DNA from: a virus
Virus record (IMG/VR): IMGVR_UViG_3300044462_000123
Length of the DNA stretch: 51,167 bases
Direction: 5' to 3' (one strand)
Both the position numbers and the translations under genes were made by a program. Of this stretch, positions 50,961 to 51,167 are shown piece after piece. Position 1 is the first letter of the stretch. The number at the start of each line of letters is the position of its first letter. Under the pieces are notes generated by a model, which worked only from the letters and a program-made list of their open reading frames with translations, had not been told where the DNA came from and made no database searches.

Positions 50961-51167
50961 GTGCCGACTCTCGAGCTGGCGATTGACGCGCGGAGGGCGC
51001 GGTACGGCGCCGACGACTTCGCGTCTGCGACGGACCGCGCCAAGGCCTCCGCCACCGGCGCCGCTGGCGCCACCGAAAAGTTCACCGTCGCGATCGAGGG
51101 CCACTCGCGGGCGCAGCACGCGCTGCAGCGCGCCCTCGACGTGTCGGGCAACCTGGCCAAGGGATTC
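50961..51167 (+). CDS. Tape measure protein, 5' portion (continues at position 1 via the circular junction)
   Basis: GTG 50961 lies 2 nt after the GT-product stop and is in frame with 2-1222 through the 127-bp overlap. Confidence 0.75.
   Translation, partial: MPTLELAIDARRARYGADDFASATDRAKASATGAAGATEKFTVAIEGHSRAQHALQRALDVSGNLAKGF
51041..51167. repeat. Terminal direct repeat, copy 2 (identical to 1-127)
   Basis: Exact identity read base by base. Confidence 0.95.

Overview
The window reads as one complete, very GC-rich tailed-phage genome (siphovirus-like gene order) that closes on itself. Bases 1-127 are repeated exactly at 51041-51167, so the unique length is 51,040 bp, and the tape-measure gene runs across the junction.

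Almost everything is on the + strand in tightly packed operons, with more than thirty ATGA/GTGA stop-start overlaps. Only a three-gene leftward operon (11077-12390) diverges from a Cro-like HTH gene, across a ~200-bp switch region carrying GCATGC palindromes.

Gene order:
- Switch region.
- Recombination/replication module: Cas4-like PD-(D/E)XK nuclease, HNH-like gene, Sak4-like AAA ATPase, SSB-like protein, wHTH, RuvC-like resolvase, replisome organiser, helicase loader.
- A degraded tyrosine-integrase remnant.
- About 30 small early ORFs. These include a protein with a 25 x 12-bp tandem repeat and a C5 cytosine methyltransferase whose target-recognition region lies in a different frame from its catalytic motifs.
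- terS/terL.
- A four-gene envelope-targeted cassette.
- Portal, MuF-like protein, scaffold, P22-type coat, Ig-like protein, connectors.
- A 1,917-aa multidomain ORF sitting in the tail-terminator slot.
- Tail tube, G/GT chaperone with a GGGAAAC -1 slip site, tape measure, an RcGTA g12-g15-like tail tip, and a DUF2793-type fibre.
- A post-fibre accessory cassette: metallophosphoesterase, HExxH protein, DUF4406-like protein.

I saw no tRNA, rRNA, CRISPR array, intact integrase, recognisable endolysin, DNA polymerase or replicative helicase.

The stand-out is ORF 43240-48993. It has two tandem tail-terminator-like domains fused to an esterase-like module, an ~840-aa unknown region and a GH26-like glycosidase module. 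That suggests an enzyme-decorated neck/collar.

All family names come from reading the translations against remembered family signatures. No database search or computation was run.
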